Source: Verrucomicrobiota bacterium (GTDB taxonomy: Bacteria; Verrucomicrobiota; Verrucomicrobiia; Verrucomicrobiales; Verrucomicrobiaceae). Taken from it: a stretch of 64,000 nt of DNA. Under the pieces are notes generated by a model, which saw only the letters and a program-made list of their open reading frames with translations, searched no databases and was not told where the DNA came from. Where the stretch lies: NCBI GenBank assembly GCA_025360015.1, contig JANYCZ010000049.1:41793-105792 (forward strand), given 5' to 3'. Of this stretch, positions 10,201-17,870 are shown piece after piece. Made by a program: the position numbers and the translations under genes. Position 1 is the stretch's first letter, and each line of letters starts with the position of its first letter.

Positions 10201-11446
10201 AGAGATCGCGGTCCGGGTAGCGGAGCTGCAGCTCGGTCTCGATGCGGCTGTACCACGTGTCACGCTCGGCAAGGCCATTGCCGATGAGCACGATGTGCTC
10301 GCCCTTGCTTGGCGGTGCCACGGCTTGCGGGCGTGCGGAGGTGGCGGCTGCGGGTTCCACACTCGGTTGATGCGGAGGCTTGGCTTCTTCGGGCTTTTTC
10401 GTGTCGGTCTTGACCGCTGCCTGTTTCGCTTTGTCATCCGGCGTCCCCATGGTCGGGCTGCGGCCGGTGGCAAAGTCGCCGGGCTTCAGATTGCGCTCCT
10501 TGAAGTAGGCCGAGTCTTTGATGAAGCCGAAGGCGGTGGGTTTGTAGGGGTCGATGAAAGCGACATCCGCCTTGGCTGCGACAGGCAGCTTCAGCAGGGA
10601 GTAGGCCGCATTGACGATGAGGCGGCGCAGATTCTCGTCCGTGAAGTCCAGCGAGGCACCCATGGTGGTGCAGAAGGAGCGACCCTTGGTGCTGCCGTCC
10701 GGGGCGGTGTATTCGTGCAGCCAGGCGATGGGCTGCATGGGCTCGTTTTTCGCGCCGGCCACGTTCTTGGATTTCGGATCGAGCGTCTCGGTGACGGCAC
10801 CGCGCAGCAGGATCGTTTCGTTTTCCGGCTTCACATCCGGCGCGCCATAGACATCCGTGGTGCAGAAGATCTCGCCGACACCGCGCAGGATTTCATTCTT
10901 GCCGTTGGCTTCCACGACCACACTGCGGGTGCCTTCCTTTTTGTGCGAGCCGTGGTGGCTGACCCATTTCTCCCCGAGGATTTTCAGGCCAAATTCGCCC
11001 CACTTGAAATCACCCGTTTTGGCATTGCCAGTGAAGGCATGCGTGGCGGTGCGGAAGCCGATCACCGGCTTGCCGGAGTTCAGAAATTTGGCGAAGTGCG
11101 CGAGGCTCTCGTCCGGGAGCTGGCGAAAGCGCGTACCGATGATGAGCAGGTCCGCATCATCCAGCATCTCGGTGCCGCGGATGTTCTTCTGGTTGTTGGG
11201 GTCGATGTAGCCCGCCTTTTCGTCTGTGGAGAACAGCACGATGCAGTTGAAGCCATGCTTCTTGGCCAGGATCTTCGCCAGCATGGGCATGCTCTCTTCC
11301 GTGTGATATTCCTCATCACCCGCCACGAGGACGATCTTTTTGCCGCCACCGGCACCACCCGGATTGGCGGAGATTTCGAGGTATTCCTGCGCGTGCGCAG
11401 ATGCGACCGAGCCAAGCAGGGCGAGGGTGAAAAGAAGATGCTTCAT
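7259..11446 (-). CDS. Multidomain exported protein: ThuA-like + SGNH/GDSL + PVC-type heme-binding sorbosone-dehydrogenase-like propeller + HEAT repeats + cytochrome c
   Basis: Start moved to MKHLLFTLALLG (signal peptide). KKIVLVAGDEEY (ThuA-like), IGNGLAER...GYNES (SGNH), NPMQMSFDNKGRLWV, NFRPVDLEFAPDGSLYVIDW, C-terminal CVTCH. Confidence 0.85.
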   Translation of the reverse strand: MKHLLFTLALLGSVASAHAQEYLEISANPGGAGGGKKIVLVAGDEEYHTEESMPMLAKILAKKHGFNCIVLFSTDEKAGYIDPNNQKNIRGTEMLDDADLLIIGTRFRQLPDESLAHFAKFLNSGKPVIGFRTATHAFTGNAKTGDFKWGEFGLKILGEKWVSHHGSHKKEGTRSVVVEANGKNEILRGVGEIFCTTDVYGAPDVKPENETILLRGAVTETLDPKSKNVAGAKNEPMQPIAWLHEYTAPDGSTKGRSFCTTMGASLDFTDENLRRLIVNAAYSLLKLPVAAKADVAFIDPYKPTAFGFIKDSAYFKERNLKPGDFATGRSPTMGTPDDKAKQAAVKTDTKKPEEAKPPHQPSVEPAAATSARPQAVAPPSKGEHIVLIGNGLAERDTWYSRIETELQLRYPDRDLFFRNMGHVGDTPGFRPHPSRASQWAFPGANKFHPDKSIHNGQGFYATPDQWLTHLQADTIVGFFGYNESFDGPSKVGNFEAELDAWVVHTLSKAYNGKAAPRVVLVSPIAYENQSAKRDLPKGDIENANLLLYASSIEKVAKKHGLTYIDLFTPTQELEAKGGEFFTTGGFIPTEKGYEEIGKLLATGLYGHASRESKADPKLVHEAVKEKDWFWNTDYNILNGVHAHGRRYNPYGPQNYPDEVQKSREMTALRDGLIHSVATGKTTDLKVDDSKTHALPPVPTNYVPSVKNGSETYLYGEDALKSLKVPEGYKVEMFASEKEFPNLANPMQMSFDNKGRLWVATMPTYPHYKPGDAMPDDKILIYEDTNNDGKADKEIIFADKLHLPIGIEFAPEGVYVTQEPNLMLIRDTNGDDHADSMEIVLGGFDTHDTHHAISAFAADPSGAFMMCEGVFLHSNIETPYGPVRCVDGGFFRYSPQRGMLERTIQMSIPNPWGFVFDQWGQDFLLHTSGTTMNWALPVEVKPTFGSKTPSTADLVPDGHKVRPTSGLEIVSSRHFPDEVQGDLIYCNAIGFLGIKQVKIEDSGTGWKTAHRQDLLVSTDGNFRPVDLEFAPDGSLYVIDWHNVLIGHMQHNARDPLRDHVHGRIYRITYPGRPLVKPVPVAGAPLATLFEDLKEPELRTRYRARRELNGRDVKEVLPAIKTWAAEQKDVHAKLEALWVTWGLNQADEGLLREMLASPDFHARAAAVRVLRYNTHRIADSVALLEKAAADEHGRVRLEAVVAASWLPNIPAAKNIVAIAAKLPQDDWNKAAIKTAADRLAGIAEIVKPEHPVIPPPAHLSDAAKKQFKLGQEIYFREGHCVTCHQPNGAGIDPAFPSIVNSPWVTTDRDRLIKIAMYGLMGPLKVGDKEYNGQVPMTPFGGMLKDEEIASVLTFVRNHFGNKAEPITAPEVKAVRDANPGRMMLYTTDELLKQHPMK

Positions 11447-11583
11447 GGGTTGGAAAAAAACAGGCGGGGGATGTTTATACCGCATAGCGCGGTAAAACCG
11501 GACAATAAAAATGTGCGAGAGGACTGAGATGGATTGCTGGGGCAAGTGATATGCCGTGTTCGCCGCGGATCAACGCGATAGCT

Positions 11584-11725
11584 TTGGAGTGCGGTCGCGA
11601 AGATGCACGGCGCAAGCTTGCATCGGAGCTACCGCTTTCGGGGGGTGCAGAACGTTCTTCGTCCTGAACCCGCCATCCGGCCTGCGAAAGCGGCGTCGCG
11701 CCCAGGCTTGCCGCGCGCACTCCAA
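11584..11725. repeat. Nested inverted-repeat (MITE/REP-like) element
   Basis: ttggagtgcg (11584-11593) pairs with cgcactccaa (11716-11725); inner pair ccgctttcg (11632-11640) and cgaaagcgg (11685-11693). Confidence 0.6.
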
Positions 11726-11824
11726 GACGCTGTCGCGCTCGCGTGCATGGGTCAAGCCAGAGCAGCCAATGACTTTGCAGGCTTCAAATGTCGTTCGGAA
11801 GTCTCATGGGGGACGTCCGATTCT

Positions 11825-11904
11825 GCCGCAGAGGAGCGGAGAGGTAGAGGGCACAAAGAATGGATTCAATCTCCGCCACCTCTGCACCTTTGCCCCTCTG
11901 CGGC
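11825..11904. repeat. Inverted repeat
   Basis: gccgcagagg (11825-11834) and cctctgcggc (11895-11904), with purine-rich and pyrimidine-rich arms between. Confidence 0.5.
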
Positions 11905-12032
11905 AAACCGAACACCACCCAGCGCATCCTCGCCGAGCCAGTGCGCTCTGCTCTTCCTCAATTCTATTTTCAGCTTGCCTATCTCAACACTCGCGCAATC
12001 TCCGCCTCGGTCCGCACGTTTCATGAGGTGCC

Positions 12033-13451
12033 ATGACAACCCCCGCCTTCCTCAATGTCTCCCGCCGCCAGTTCTTCCGGCAGTCCGGCCTGGGGCTGAG
12101 CTCGGTCGCGCTGGGGTCGATGCTCGCGCGTGATCTCCCGGCAGCAGCCGGAATAGCAGGGCCACGACCACACTTTGCGCCGAAGGCGAAGCACATTATC
12201 TACCTGCACATGATCGGCGCGCCTTCGCAGCTCGATCTCTTCGACTACAAGCCGCTGCTGCAGAAAATGGACGGCCAGACCTGCCCGGAGGAGCTGACGA
12301 AGGGCAAGCGCTTTGCCTTCATCGGCAGTGAGATGAAGCTGGCGGGCACCGAATTCAAATTCCAGCGCCATGGCCAGAGCGGCTTGGAGCTCAGCGAGCT
12401 GCTGCCGCATCTGGGCACTGTGGCGGATGACATCTGTGTGGTGAAGTCCCTGCACACCAACGAGATCAATCACGCCCCGGCCCAGATGTTTCTGCACACC
12501 GGCTTTGGCCAGGGCGGCCGCCCCAGCCTCGGCGCATGGGTCACCTACGGCCTCGGCACCGAGAACCGCGATCTGCCCGCCTACGTGGTGCTCCAGTCCG
12601 GCCCTCCTGGCGGCGCAGGCTCCACGCTCTGGAGCACCGGCTTCCTGCCCAGCGTGTACCAGGGCATCCCGTTTCGCGGCAGCGGCGAGCCGGTGCTCTT
12701 TCTCGGCAATCCGCCGGGACAGAGCACCACCGACCGCCGCCATGTGCTGGATGCAGTGAAAGCCCTCAATGAGCAGCAGCTCGACGTGGTGGGAGATCCC
12801 GAAATCGCCACGCGCATCAGCCAGTATGAAATGGCTTACCGCATGCAGACCAGCGTGCCGGAGCTGATGGACATCACCCACGAGAACAAGGCCACGCTGG
12901 ACATGTACAGCGCGCAGCCCGGCAAGGCCTCCTTTGCCAACAACTGCCTGCTCGCGCGCCGCCTGATCGAGCGCGGGGTGCGCATGGTGCAGCTGTTTGA
13001 TTCCGACTGGGACCACCACGGTGGCCTCAAGCAGCGCCTCACCGCCAAAGCCAAGGACGTGGACCAGCCCATGGCCGCGCTGGTGCGCGACCTCAAGCAA
13101 CGCGGCCTGCTCGATGAAACCCTCGTGATCTGGGGCGGCGAATTTGGCCGCACCCCGCTGCGCCAGGGCGCCAATCAGGATGGCACCAAGACCTCCCCCG
13201 GACGCGACCACCACAAAGACGCCTACACCATGTGGATGGCCGGCGGCGGCACCAAGCCCGGCACAGTCTATGGCAAGACCGACGACTTCGGTTTCAACAT
13301 CGCCGAAAACGGAGTCCACACCCACGACCTCAACGCCACCGTGCTGAACCTCCTCGGCCTCAACCACGAACGCCTCACCTTCCGCTATCAGGGCCGCGAC
13401 TTCCGACTGACGGACGTGCATGGGGAGCTGGTGCCGGGGATTTTGGGGTGA
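12033..13451 (+). CDS. DUF1501 domain protein (second paralog), Tat-type signal
   Basis: SRRQFF; [48 protein letters not shown]. Confidence 0.92.
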   Translation: MTTPAFLNVSRRQFFRQSGLGLSSVALGSMLARDLPAAAGIAGPRPHFAPKAKHIIYLHMIGAPSQLDLFDYKPLLQKMDGQTCPEELTKGKRFAFIGSEMKLAGTEFKFQRHGQSGLELSELLPHLGTVADDICVVKSLHTNEINHAPAQMFLHTGFGQGGRPSLGAWVTYGLGTENRDLPAYVVLQSGPPGGAGSTLWSTGFLPSVYQGIPFRGSGEPVLFLGNPPGQSTTDRRHVLDAVKALNEQQLDVVGDPEIATRISQYEMAYRMQTSVPELMDITHENKATLDMYSAQPGKASFANNCLLARRLIERGVRMVQLFDSDWDHHGGLKQRLTAKAKDVDQPMAALVRDLKQRGLLDETLVIWGGEFGRTPLRQGANQDGTKTSPGRDHHKDAYTMWMAGGGTKPGTVYGKTDDFGFNIAENGVHTHDLNATVLNLLGLNHERLTFRYQGRDFRLTDVHGELVPGILG

Positions 13452-13498
13452 ACAACGCCCACAAGACGCGCAGGCCTCGCTGCTTTGCAACAAGCCCC

Positions 13499-13515
13499 CT
13501 TGACCCAGCGTCAAG
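13499..13515. promoter_or_regulatory. Palindromic operator candidate for TA autoregulation
   Basis: CTTGAC-ccagc-GTCAAG, 12 bp before the toxin start codon; contains a -35-like TTGACC. Confidence 0.45.
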
Positions 13516-13527
13516 TTAAGTTTACAC

Positions 13528-13890
13528 GTGAGGCGAACAATCAACCCGCCTGCTTTGCTTCAACCCGGTTCATATGAAGTCCTGATCTTCCGACATTCCT
13601 CGGACCAGAGCCCCTATCTCGACTGGCTGGAAGTGCTGGACTGGAAGATGCAGGAACGCATTTCGGCGCGGGTGGCCCGGATGAAAAAGGGCCAGTTTGG
13701 CGACTGCAAAGCCATCGACCGGAGTTTGTACGAGCTCCGGCTGTTTTTCGGCCCGGGTTATCGAGTTTACTTTGGCGAGCACAAGGGCAAGACCGTCATC
13801 CTCCTCGCCGGAGGAGACAAGTCCACGCAAAGCAAAGACATCAAACGAGCCAGGGAATACTGGAAAACGTATCAGGAGGACCATCCATGA
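13528..13890 (+). CDS. Addiction module killer protein (RelE/HigB-like toxin)
   Basis: GQFGDCK...LYELRLFFGPGYRVYF...VILLAGGDKSTQSKDIKRA; ATGA overlap with the downstream HTH gene. Confidence 0.9.
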   Translation: MRRTINPPALLQPGSYEVLIFRHSSDQSPYLDWLEVLDWKMQERISARVARMKKGQFGDCKAIDRSLYELRLFFGPGYRVYFGEHKGKTVILLAGGDKSTQSKDIKRAREYWKTYQEDHP

Positions 13891-14240
13891 AAGCACCCAA
13901 GAAAAGCAGCACGATCTCTCTCGATGAAGTGAGACTGAAGCACTTGAGCGATCCCAAGCGGGCCCGATATGCCATGAAACTGGCGCTCGAAGAATTCGAG
14001 CAGGACAACGATGTGGACATGCTGCTGGATACCCTGCGCCTCGTCGCCCAGGCCCAGGGCGGGCTGGCCTCGCTGGCTCGCAAGACAGACGTCAGCCGCC
14101 AGGCGCTCCACGAAGCGCTTTCGCCGCAGGGAAATCCCCGCCTGCGCACCTTTCAGAATGTGCTGGGTTCTCTCGGGCTGCGCATGACGGTCAAGCCCGT
14201 GCGTCCAGCAGCGAAGAAAGCAGTCCGGTCTGCCGCTTGA
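13887..14240 (+). CDS. Addiction module antidote protein (HTH antitoxin)
   Basis: LRLVAQAQGGLASLARKTDVSRQALHEALSPQGNPRLRTF. Confidence 0.9.
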   Translation: MKAPKKSSTISLDEVRLKHLSDPKRARYAMKLALEEFEQDNDVDMLLDTLRLVAQAQGGLASLARKTDVSRQALHEALSPQGNPRLRTFQNVLGSLGLRMTVKPVRPAAKKAVRSAA

Positions 14241-14344
14241 GCGGGCCCCGGGGAAGTAGGCGGAGATGAGTTGAAGGCCCCGTGTTCAAATACGCAGCAC
14301 TATTCTTTGAATCTCGAAATCGAGGCCGGAGTTCAATCCATACT

Positions 14345-14830
14345 ATGAAAACTTCATCCATCTCTCTAATTCCCCTGGCCGTGCTGGCGTTTGCCTAGCC
14401 AGCCACGGCCCAGAAGCCGGCGGAAACCATCTTGCCAGCGATCATTCCGTCGAGCCAGACCCACGTAAAAGCTCAGAGTGCCTCCACCACTCCCAGCGCT
14501 GGCGCGCTTTCCACCGTGCGTGCTGCGGGCGTGGTTGTCAATCCCACGCCTACCCGCCCCGCGGTCAGCCCCCCGCACGCCACCGTTTTCTCTGAAAACA
14601 GCAGCCCCAAGCGTGATCAAACCGTGAACTACTACCTCCCGGTCGGAGCCATCTCTCCCCGGTCTGGGCTGCGCACCTACCCTGGCCATACAGCAGCGAC
14701 CATCACGAACGGTGCCACACGGGCCTCCAGCGGCATGCACGCAGGCAGCACGGCGGCCACGCTGGCCGGAAGCAATGGATCGAGAGCGAGCCGGCCCTCG
14801 ACCCGAGCGCCCACGGTACGCACCCGCTAA
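14345..14830 (+). pseudogene. Secreted Ser/Thr/Ala-rich protein with in-frame TAG in its signal peptide
   Basis: MKTSSISLIPLAVLAFA*PATAQKP... TAG at 14396-14398 is in frame with ORF 14432..14830. Confidence 0.6.
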
Positions 14831-14935
14831 GATGATTAGCGGAGCAGTTAAGAAGAAGTTTTGTTGCGGAAATGGCGGTACCACGTGCCTCAAATAAAGG
14901 AGCAGACAGAGCAGCGCTGCTTTTCGACTCTCACG

Positions 14936-15154
14936 TTAACATGAACTGCGGATTGCTCGCAGTTCCCACACCAGCGCGCGGCTGGTGCCTTTGCGTCGGA
15001 TCAGTCCGATCTCCTCTTCCAGCCTGCGCGTCCATTCCGGACAGGGCCGCTCATAGGGCAGGGCGAGGGTTTCGCGCAGTTCAATCCACGTTGCGCCCTG
15101 GCGTTTCCGTTTCAGGTGCTGCTGGATGGCGGCTTTGAACTCGGTGTATTGCAT
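14936..15154 (-). CDS. Hypothetical small basic protein
   Basis: 72-aa ORF with ATG start and a winged-helix-like pattern (TWIELRETL...LVWEL). Confidence 0.65.
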   Translation of the reverse strand: MQYTEFKAAIQQHLKRKRQGATWIELRETLALPYERPCPEWTRRLEEEIGLIRRKGTSRALVWELRAIRSSC

Positions 15155-15256
15155 GGGGGAGTTTGGACGGCTTGAAGCTCAGCCGCTGGGTCAAGCGGCG
15201 CAAGAGGGACTTTGGGAAGCACTATACGTTTGGAATCTTCTGCCGCAGACCACGTG

Positions 15257-15517
15257 TCATCTTGAGAGCCGCTCGAAGCATCCAATAACCAAATAGATAC
15301 ACATGAGGGAAAAGAAGGACTGGGCCGACACCGCAAGCCAATACATCACGGGTCGCTTCTTCTTGGGATATTTTCTGCCGCCAGCAGCATATGCGATGCC
15401 GCTTCTGAGCGCCGAAAAGACGCACCAAGCTAACCACAAGCCGAGGGCGAGAATCAGGAGTGCTGCGAGAAGTGTGGCTGCAATGCTCATGTGGCTAACG
15501 ACCACAAGTTCAGCCAC
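15257..15517 (-). CDS. Hypothetical membrane protein (2 TM)
   Basis: Two hydrophobic stretches; start may be the internal ATG at 15490. Confidence 0.6.
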   Translation of the reverse strand: MAELVVVSHMSIAATLLAALLILALGLWLAWCVFSALRSGIAYAAGGRKYPKKKRPVMYWLAVSAQSFFSLMCIYLVIGCFERLSR

Positions 15518-15589
15518 CGTGCGAACCGGCGCAAGAAAGACCTCTGCCCAGCTCTCACCACGTCCAGAGTGGTTGGTCAGCTGTTGCAG

Positions 15590-15991
15590 TCATTGATGAA
15601 TTGTGTCTGGTACGATTGGAATCTCGCCGGCCATGAACTGATTGAGACCGTGCCATGCAGCGGTGCTAACGGGCAGCAAGAAAGGAAGAAACTCATCGGC
15701 AGAAAGATCGGAATGGCTCCAGATGGTCTGAATGCCCTCCAAGAGGCCGATGGTCGCGAACTCTCGTGTGTCGTGGTCGCCGTCGGTATGAAGGCGCTCG
15801 ATGAACGCCACGATGGTGGGGAACTCGGCGCGCTGTTGGGAGCGATGCAGCGTCAGAACGTATTCCGCGAACGCGCCAGCATGAATGTAAAGCAAGTCAT
15901 CGCCATGGCTGGCGCAGGACTCAATGAAGGCTTGCCTGAACGACGGACAGGCTTCCAGCCAGAGTGCGGCGATGTCAGATTTTGTTATCAC
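15590..15991 (-). CDS. Hypothetical protein (DUF7674-like)
   Basis: FIERLHTDGDHDTREFATIGLLEGIQ pattern; 4-nt overlap with the upstream DUF1330 gene. Confidence 0.65.
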   Translation of the reverse strand: MITKSDIAALWLEACPSFRQAFIESCASHGDDLLYIHAGAFAEYVLTLHRSQQRAEFPTIVAFIERLHTDGDHDTREFATIGLLEGIQTIWSHSDLSADEFLPFLLPVSTAAWHGLNQFMAGEIPIVPDTIHQ

Positions 15992-16281
15992 GGTACGACG
16001 CCATCAATGGCAAAGAACTGCGCCAGAGCAGCTCCTTCGCGCACGCTCTTGGCGTGGCGATACTCGTCAGAATGGAAGAACTGTTTGGCGGCTTCGAAGG
16101 TGGGGAATTCGAGAATGACCACGCGGTGGGTTTCTTCCGGTCCTTCGAGGGTCACGGACTCGCCGCCACGCGCGATGAAACGGCCGCCGTATTGAGCGAT
16201 GATGCCGGGAGTCAGCTTCATGTACTCCGAGTAACGCGGCCAGTCGGTGACCTGCACGCGTCCGATGATGTAGGCTGCCAT
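15988..16281 (-). CDS. DUF1330 domain protein
   Basis: MAAYII...YGGRFIARGG..VTLEG...RVVILEFPTFEAAKQFFHSDEY. Confidence 0.9.
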   Translation of the reverse strand: MAAYIIGRVQVTDWPRYSEYMKLTPGIIAQYGGRFIARGGESVTLEGPEETHRVVILEFPTFEAAKQFFHSDEYRHAKSVREGAALAQFFAIDGVVP

Positions 16282-16449
16282 GGACTCAGATTTCGAGGGT
16301 TCGTGCAAGCGGGCGCTTGCAGCTTGTTATAAAGAGCTCTCAGGCGAGCCAAGTGACAGTGCGCACGAGATGACTGAGGGATTGTAAACTGAAAACTGAG
16401 AATTGAAAATTGGTCGGAGGGGCAGTCAGGAGTGAGTGCCTCCCTTCCA

Positions 16450-17019
16450 TCACACCAAGTCCGCACGCGTAAACGCAGCCACCACCGGGTAGCCTTTGCT
16501 CTCGATGGCTTCACGTCCGCCTTCGGAGCGATCGACGAGGATCAAGGCGAACGCGACTTTGCCGCCTTCTTCTTCGATGGCTTCGATGGCCTTCAAGGTG
16601 GAGCCGCCGGTGGTGATGACGTCATCGACGACGACGACGGGCTGGGTGGTGATGAAGTTGCCTTCGATGCGTTTGCCACGGCCATGGCCTTTGGCTTCCT
16701 TGCGAACGACGAAGGCCTGTACGGGCGGTGTATCGCCAGCGATGCTGGAGCTCATGGCGACGGCGAGCGTGATGGGATCTGCGCCCATGGTCAGCCCACC
16801 GAGGGAGCCGATGCTGAGGCCGCGCTTGGCTTCTTCTTCACGCAGCAGCGCATGCAGCACACGGCCCACGAGCACCGCGCCACGGGAGTCGAGCGTGGTC
16901 ACGCGGCAGTCCACGTAGAGATCGCTCTCCTGGCCGGAGGCGAGGGTGAATTTGCCGGTCTTGACGGATTTGGCTTTGAGAATCTGGAGGAGTTCTTCGC
17001 GGTCTTGCTGGAGGGACAT
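16450..17019 (-). CDS. pyrE: Orotate phosphoribosyltransferase
   Basis: FTLASGQESDLYVDCR, GGLTMGADP, VRKEAKGHG, PRPP motif VVVVDDVITTGGS. Confidence 0.95.
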   Translation of the reverse strand: MSLQQDREELLQILKAKSVKTGKFTLASGQESDLYVDCRVTTLDSRGAVLVGRVLHALLREEEAKRGLSIGSLGGLTMGADPITLAVAMSSSIAGDTPPVQAFVVRKEAKGHGRGKRIEGNFITTQPVVVVDDVITTGGSTLKAIEAIEEEGGKVAFALILVDRSEGGREAIESKGYPVVAAFTRADLV

Positions 17020-17031
17020 GGGTGCGGGAGG

Positions 17032-17838
17032 CTAGTGATTGGAGGTTTCGTGAGTGGATTCAGAGGCGGCGGTGTTGTCTGCGTCGCTGGAGGAAAGGGG
17101 TTCTTCTTCGGGCTCTGGCTCGGCCATCGCATCGTCTGCGTCAGCTTCTTCTTCGTCAGGTTCAAGCTCAGGCTCTACCTCGGCCATCGCTTCATCGGCG
17201 TCAGCTTCTTCGGCGGGTGTTGCATCAGCCGTGGCGGCAGCTTCGGCTTCTTTCGCTGCGTCAGGATCCGGCGCAGGGACGACGCCATCCACGGAGAGCG
17301 TCACGCCCACGGCTTTGGCCGCTGCGGCGGCGGGACCACCGAAGGCGAGAAGGGTGGCGACTTCGTCCTGCATGTCGGCGATTTCGCTGAGCTTCAGTTC
17401 GGGATCACGCACGATGAAGATTTCGCCGGTCTTCCTGTTCTCGTAGAAGAGCATCTTGGCACCGTCGATTTCCTTTTCAGCGGTCTGGTGGAGCTGGCGT
17501 TTCCGCTCCAGCATGAGCGCGAGGATGTAGCGCGCATTCTCGGTGTTTGGATCTCCATCTTCAATGAAGCGCTGCAGCAGGGCCTGGGCGCTTTCCTTTG
17601 GAGTGATCTCGGGCTTGGCCTCGGCGAGGACCCGGCTGTAGATGGTCTTCCACGCAGCGACGGGCTTGCGCTGCTCCACCTCCTGGGCCCAGGCTTCGGC
17701 GCAGATGTCACGCCTCACATAGCCATTTTCCTCGGGGTCGAAGAAGATGGTGGTGTGGAAGCTCTCGCCGTCCTCAAACGAACGACCGGTGACGGCGCAG
17801 GTGTGCGCGCGGCTGCGGATGGACCAGTTTTGCTGCAT
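17032..17838 (-). CDS. Conserved hypothetical protein with acidic low-complexity C-terminus
   Basis: CAVTGRSF...RRDICAEAW, RYILALMLERKR; Glu/Ala/Asp/Pro-rich tail. Confidence 0.8.
   Translation of the reverse strand: MQQNWSIRSRAHTCAVTGRSFEDGESFHTTIFFDPEENGYVRRDICAEAWAQEVEQRKPVAAWKTIYSRVLAEAKPEITPKESAQALLQRFIEDGDPNTENARYILALMLERKRQLHQTAEKEIDGAKMLFYENRKTGEIFIVRDPELKLSEIADMQDEVATLLAFGGPAAAAAKAVGVTLSVDGVVPAPDPDAAKEAEAAATADATPAEEADADEAMAEVEPELEPDEEEADADDAMAEPEPEEEPLSSSDADNTAASESTHETSNH
17111..17211. repeat. 60-bp-period intragenic duplication
   Basis: 17111-17151 and 17171-17211 are near-identical (EEADADEAMAEVEP / EEADADDAMAEPEP). Confidence 0.8.
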
Positions 17839-17870
17839 CGAGCGGTATTTAAAGTTTCAGGTTTGAAGTT

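Noticed and set aside
14832-14897. 21-aa Cys-containing peptide MISGAVKKKFCCGNGGTTCLK
   Set aside because: Too short, no RBS, and no modifying enzymes nearby to support a RiPP.
16385-16410. Heptamer-like run aaactg/aaaactg/agaattg/aaaattg (similar run at about 17850-17876)
   Set aside because: Short degenerate microsatellite with no supportable function.
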